From: Octopus sinensis
Taxonomy: Eukaryota
DNA length: 64,000 bases
Assembly: GCF_006345805.1 (NCBI RefSeq)
Contig: NC_043016.1
Location: 16,926,001-16,990,000 of the forward strand
Direction of reading: 5' to 3'
The translations under genes were made by a program, and so were the position numbers. The notes under the pieces are model-generated. The model was not told where the DNA came from and made no database searches. It was given only the letters and a program-made list of their open reading frames with translations. Of the stretch, positions 59,101 through 64,000 are shown one piece after another (within the stretch, counting starts at the first letter, position 1; every line of letters begins with the position of its first letter).

Positions 59101-62100
59101 ACGGTTGGATGGTGCCTTTTACATGCCGCCGGCACAGGTGCCAGATGAGGCTGGCAATGGCCACGATCGGATGGTGCCTTTTACGTGCCACCAGCACAGG
59201 TGCCAGACAAGGCTGGCAACGGTTGGATGGTGCCTTTTACGTGCCACCAGCACAGGTGCCAGACAAGGCTGGCAACGGTTGGATGGTGCCTTTTACGTGC
59301 CGCCAACACAGGTGCCAGACAAGGCTGGCAACGGTTGGATGGTGCCTTTTACGTGCCACCAGCACAGGTGCCAGACAAGGCTGGCAACGGTTGGATGGTG
59401 CCTTTTACGTGCCGCCAACACAGGTGCCAGACAAGGCTGGCAACGGTTGGATGGTGCCTTTTACGCGCCGCCAGCACAGGTGCCAGACAAGGCTGGCAAC
59501 GGTTGGAGGGTGCCTTTTACGTGCCACCACACAGGTGCCAGACAAGGCTGGCAACGTTGGATGGTGCCTTTTACGTGCCACCAGCACAGGTGCAGACAAG
59601 GCTGGCAACGGTTGGATGGTGCCTTTTACGTGCCACCAACACAGTGCCAGACAAGGCTGGCAACGGTTGGATGGTGCCTTTTACGTGCCACCAGCACAGG
59701 TGCCAGACAAGGCTGGCAACGGTTGGATGGTGCCTTTTACGCGACGCCAGCACAGGTGCCAGACAAGGCTGGCAACGGTTGGATGGTGCCTTTTACATGC
59801 CGCCGGCACATGTGCCAGATGAGGCTGGCAACGGTTGGATGGTGCTTTTACGTGCCACCAGCACAGGTGCAGACAAGGCTGGCAACGGTTGGATGGTGCC
59901 TTTTACGTGCCACCAGCACAGGTGAAGATGAGGCTGGCAATGGCACGATCGGATGGTGCCTTTTACGTGCCACCAGCACAGGTGCCAGACAAGGCTGGCA
60001 ACGGTTGGATGGTGCCTTTTACGTGCCACCAGCACAGGTGCCAGACAAGGCTGGCAACGGTTGGATGGTGCCTTTTAGTGCCACCAACACAGGTGCCAGA
60101 CAAGCTGGCAACGGTTGGATGGTGCCTTTTACGTGCCACCAGCACAGGTGCCAGACAAGGCTGGCAACGGTTGGATGGTGCCTTTTACGTGCCACCAACA
60201 CAGGTGCCAGACAAGGCTGGCAACGGTTGGATGGTGCCTTTTACGTGCCACCAGCACAGGTGCCAGACAAGGCTGGCAACGGTTGGATGGTGCCTTTTAC
60301 GTGCCACCAACACAGGTGCCAGACAAGGCTGGCAACGGTTGGATGGTGCTTTGCCTTTTACGTGCCACAGCACAGGTGCCAGACAAGGAGGCTGGCAACG
60401 GTTGGATGGTGCCTTTTACGCGACGCCAGCACAGGTGCCAGACAAGGCTGGCAACGGTTGGATGGTGCTTTTACGTGCCACCAACACAGGTGCCAGACAA
60501 GGCTGGCAACGGTTGGATGGTGCCTTTTACATGCCGCCGGCACAGGTGCCAGATGAGGCTGGCAATGGCCACGATCGGATGGTGCCTTTTACGTGCCACC
60601 AGCACAGGTGCCAGACAAGGCTGGCAACGGTTGGATGGTGCCTTTTACGTGCCACCAGCACAGGTGCCAGACAAGGCTGGCAACGGTTGGATGGTGCCTT
60701 TTACGTGCCGCCAACCCACAGTGCCAGACAAGGCTGGCAACGGTTGGATGGTGCCTTTTACGTGCCACCAGCACAGGTGCCAGACAAGGCTGGCAACGGT
60801 TGGATGGTGCCTTTTACGTGCCGCCAACACAGGTGCCAGACAAGGCTGGCAACGGTTGGATGGTGCCTTTTACGCGCCGCCAGCACAGGTGCCAGACAAG
60901 GCTGGCAACGGTTGGAGGGTGCCTTTTACGTGCCACCAACACAGGTGCCAGACAAGGCTGGCAACGGTTGGATGGTGCCTTTTACGTGCCACCAGCACAG
61001 GTGCCAGACAAGGCTGGCAACGGTTGGATGGTGCCTTTTACGTGCCACCAGCACAGGTGCCAGACAAGGCTGGCAACGGTTGGATGGTGCCTTTTACGTG
61101 CCACCAGCACAGGTGCCAGACAAGGCTGGCAACGGTTGGATGGTGCCTTTTACGCGCCGCCAGCACAGGTGCCAGACAAGGCTGGCAACGGTTGGATGGT
61201 GCCTTTTACGCGCCGCCAGCACAGGTGCCAGACAAGTCTGGCAACGGTTGGATGGTGCCTTTTACGTGCCACCAGCACAGGTGCCAGACAAGGCTGGCAA
61301 CGGTTGGATGGTGCTTTTTACGCGCCGCCAGCACAGGTGCCAGACAAGGCTGGCAACGGTTGGATGGTGCCTTTTACGTGCCACCAGCACAGGTGCCAGA
61401 CAAGGCTGGAAACGGTGGATGGTGCCTTTTACGTGCCACCAGCACAGGTGCCAGACAGGCTGGCAACGGTTGGATGGTGCTTTTTACGCGCCGCCAACAC
61501 AGGTGCCAGACAAGGCTGGCACGGTTGGATGGTGCCTTTTACGTTCCACCAGCACAGGTGCCAGACAAGGCTGGAAACGGTTGGATGGTGCCTTTTACGT
61601 GCCACCAGCACAGGTGCCAGACAAGGCTGGCAACGGTTGGATGGTGCTTTTTACGCGCCGCTAACACAGGTGCCAGACAAGGCTGGCAACGGTTGGATGG
61701 TGCTTTTACGCGCCGCCAACACAGGTGCCAGACAAGGCTGGCAACGGTTGGATGGTGCCTTTTACGTGCCACCAGCACAGGTGCCAGACAAGGCTGGAAA
61801 CGGTTGGATGGTGCCTTTTACGTGCCACCAGCACAGGTGCCAGACAAGGCTGGCAACGGTTGGATGGTGCTTTTTACGCGCCGCCAACACAGGTGCCAGA
61901 CAAGGCTGGCAACGGTTGGATGGTGCCTTTTACGTGCCACCAGCACAGGTGCCAGACAAGGCTGGAAACGGTTGGATGGTGCCTTTTACGTGCCACCAGC
62001 ACAGGTGCCAGACAAGGCTGGCAACGGTTGGATGGTGCTTTTTACGCGCCGCCAACACAGGTGCCAGACAAGGCTGGAAACGGTTGGATGGTGCCTTTTA

Positions 62101-64000
62101 CGTGCCACCAGCACAGGTGCCAGACAAGGCTGGAAACGGTTGGAGGGTGCCTTTTACGTGCCACCAGCACAGGTGCCAGATGAGGCTGGCAATGGCCACG
62201 ATCGGATGGTGCTTTTTACGCGCCGCCAGCACAGGTGCCAGACAAGGCTGGCAACGGTTGGATGGTTCCTTTTACGTGCCACCAGCACAGGTGCCAGATG
62301 AGGCTAGCAATGGCAACGGTTGGATGGTGCCTTTTACGTGCCACCAGCACAGGTGCCAGACAGGGCTGGCAAACGGCCACGATCGGATGGTGCCTTTTAC
62401 GTGCCGCCGGCACAGGTGCCAGACAAGGCTGGCAACGGTTGGATGGTGCCTTTTACGTGCCACCAGCACAGGTGCCAGACAAGGCTGGCAACGGTTGGAT
62501 GGTGCCTTTTACGTGCCACCAGCACAGGTGCCAGACAAGGCTGGAAACGGTTGGATGGTGCCTTTTACGTGCCACCAGCACAGGTGCCAGACAAGGCTGG
62601 CAACGGTTGGATGGTGCCTTTTACGTGCCACCAGCACAGGTGCCAGACAAGGCTGGCAACGGTTGGATGGTGCCTTTTACGCGCCGCCAACACAGGTGCC
62701 AGACAAGGCTGGCAACGGTTGGATGGTGCCTTTTACGTGCCACCAGCACAGGTGCCAGACAAGGCTGGCAACGGTTGGATGGTGCCTTTTACGTGCCGCC
62801 AACACAGGTGCCAGACAAGGCTGGCAACGGTTGGATGGTGCCTTTTACGCGCCGCCAGCACAGTGCCAGACAAGGCTGGCAACGGTTGGAGGGTGCCTTT
62901 TACGTGCCACCAACACAGGTGCCAGACAAGGCTGGCAACGGTTGGATGGTGGCCTTTTACGTGCCGCCAACACAGGTGCCAGACAAGGCTGGCAACGGTT
63001 GGATGGTGCCTTTTACGCGCCGCCAGCACAGGTGCCAGACAAGGCTGGCAACGGTTGGAGGGTGCCTTTTACGTGCCACCAACACAGGTGCCAGACAAGG
63101 CTGGCAACGGTTGGATGGTGGCCTTTTACGTGCCACCAGCACAGGTGCCAGACAAGGCTGGCAACGGTTGGATGGTGCCTTTTACGTGCCACCAACACAG
63201 GTGCCAGACAAGGCTGGCAACGGTTGGATGGTGCCTTTTACGTGCCACCAGCACAGGTGCCAGACAAGGCTGGCAACGGTTGGATGGTGCCTTTTACGCG
63301 ACGCCAGCACAGGTGCCAGACAAGGCTGGCAACGGTTGGATGGTGCCTTTTACATGCCGCCGGCACATGTGCCAGATGAGGCTGGCAACGGTTGGATGGT
63401 GCCTTTTACGTGCCACCAGCACAGGTGCCAGACAAGGCTGGCAACGGTTGGATGGTGCCTTTTACGTGCCACCAGCACAGGTGCCAGATGAGGCTGGCAA
63501 TGGCCACGATCGGATGGTGCCTTTTACGTGCCACCAGCACAGGTGCCAGACAAGGCTGGCAACGGTTGGATGGTGCCTTTTACGTGCCACCAGCACAGGT
63601 GCCAGACAAGGCTGGCAACGGTTGGATGGTGCCTTTTACGTGCCACCAACACAGGTGCCAGACAAGGCTGGCAACGGTTGGATGGTGCCTTTTACGTGCC
63701 ACCAGCACAGGTGCCAGACAAGGCTGGCAACGGTGGATGGTGCCTTTTACGTGCCACCAACACAGGTGCCAGACAAGGCTGGCAACGGTTGGATGGTGCC
63801 TTTTACGTGCCACCAGCACAGGTGCCAGACAAGGCTGGCAACGGTTGGATGGTGCCTTTTACGTGCCACCAAACAGGTGCCAGACAAGGCTGCAACGGTT
63901 GGATGGTGCCTTTTACGTGCCACCAGCACAGGTGCCAGACAAGGCTGGCATCGGTGGATGGTGCCTTTTACGCGACGCCAGCACAGGTGCCAGACAAGGC
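56155..64000. repeat. GC-rich 56/62-bp tandem satellite, roughly 135-140 units, running off the window end
   Basis: Consensus GTGCCACCAGCACAGGTGCCAGACAAGGCTGGCAACGGTTGGATGGTGCCTTTTAC (56 bp, 33 G+C); the 62-bp variant contains GATGAGGCTGGCAATGGCCACGATCGG. Confidence 0.97.

Noticed and set aside
56001-64000. Overlapping 400-900 aa ORFs over the satellite
   Set aside because: The 56-bp unit has no stop codon in any plus-strand frame, so all three frames are open and simply cycle through the same peptides. No sign of real coding.
56155-64000. CRISPR-like appearance of the short-period array
   Set aside because: The units are contiguous near-identical monomers with no unique spacers, there are no cas genes, and the context is eukaryotic.

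Overview
AT-rich animal genomic DNA, most likely a coleoid cephalopod (octopus); this is inferred from the SINE families and the microsatellite load. It is intronic or intergenic and made mostly of transposable elements and simple repeats. I can support only two host coding exons (minus strand, 52682-52802 and 40963-41096), which splice in frame into an unnamed coiled-coil protein. Element remnants include RTE, CR1, R4/Dong-like and HERO-like non-LTR retrotransposons, two Penelope-like elements (PLEs), a Buster-type hAT, two DD37D mariners, a Helitron helicase fragment, a piggyBac-type MITE and many SINEs. The main signal is a 489-bp tandem array (2463-4490) in which every unit carries a complete type I hammerhead ribozyme fold on the minus strand, i.e. 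a candidate non-LTR retrozyme. Four further unrelated non-coding families share the same layout: a hammerhead-like core, a fold-back inverted arm at the 5' side, and a 3' end running into a TA-rich microsatellite. Also notable are a >7.8 kb GC-rich 56/62-bp satellite derived from a module in the RTE 3' UTR, a three-level hAT>CR1>RTE nest with recoverable target-site duplications, and a triplicated restriction-like endonuclease segment. There is no CRISPR array and there are no rRNA or tRNA genes. The long ORFs over the repeats are artefacts. All structures were read by eye; none was computed or searched against a database.
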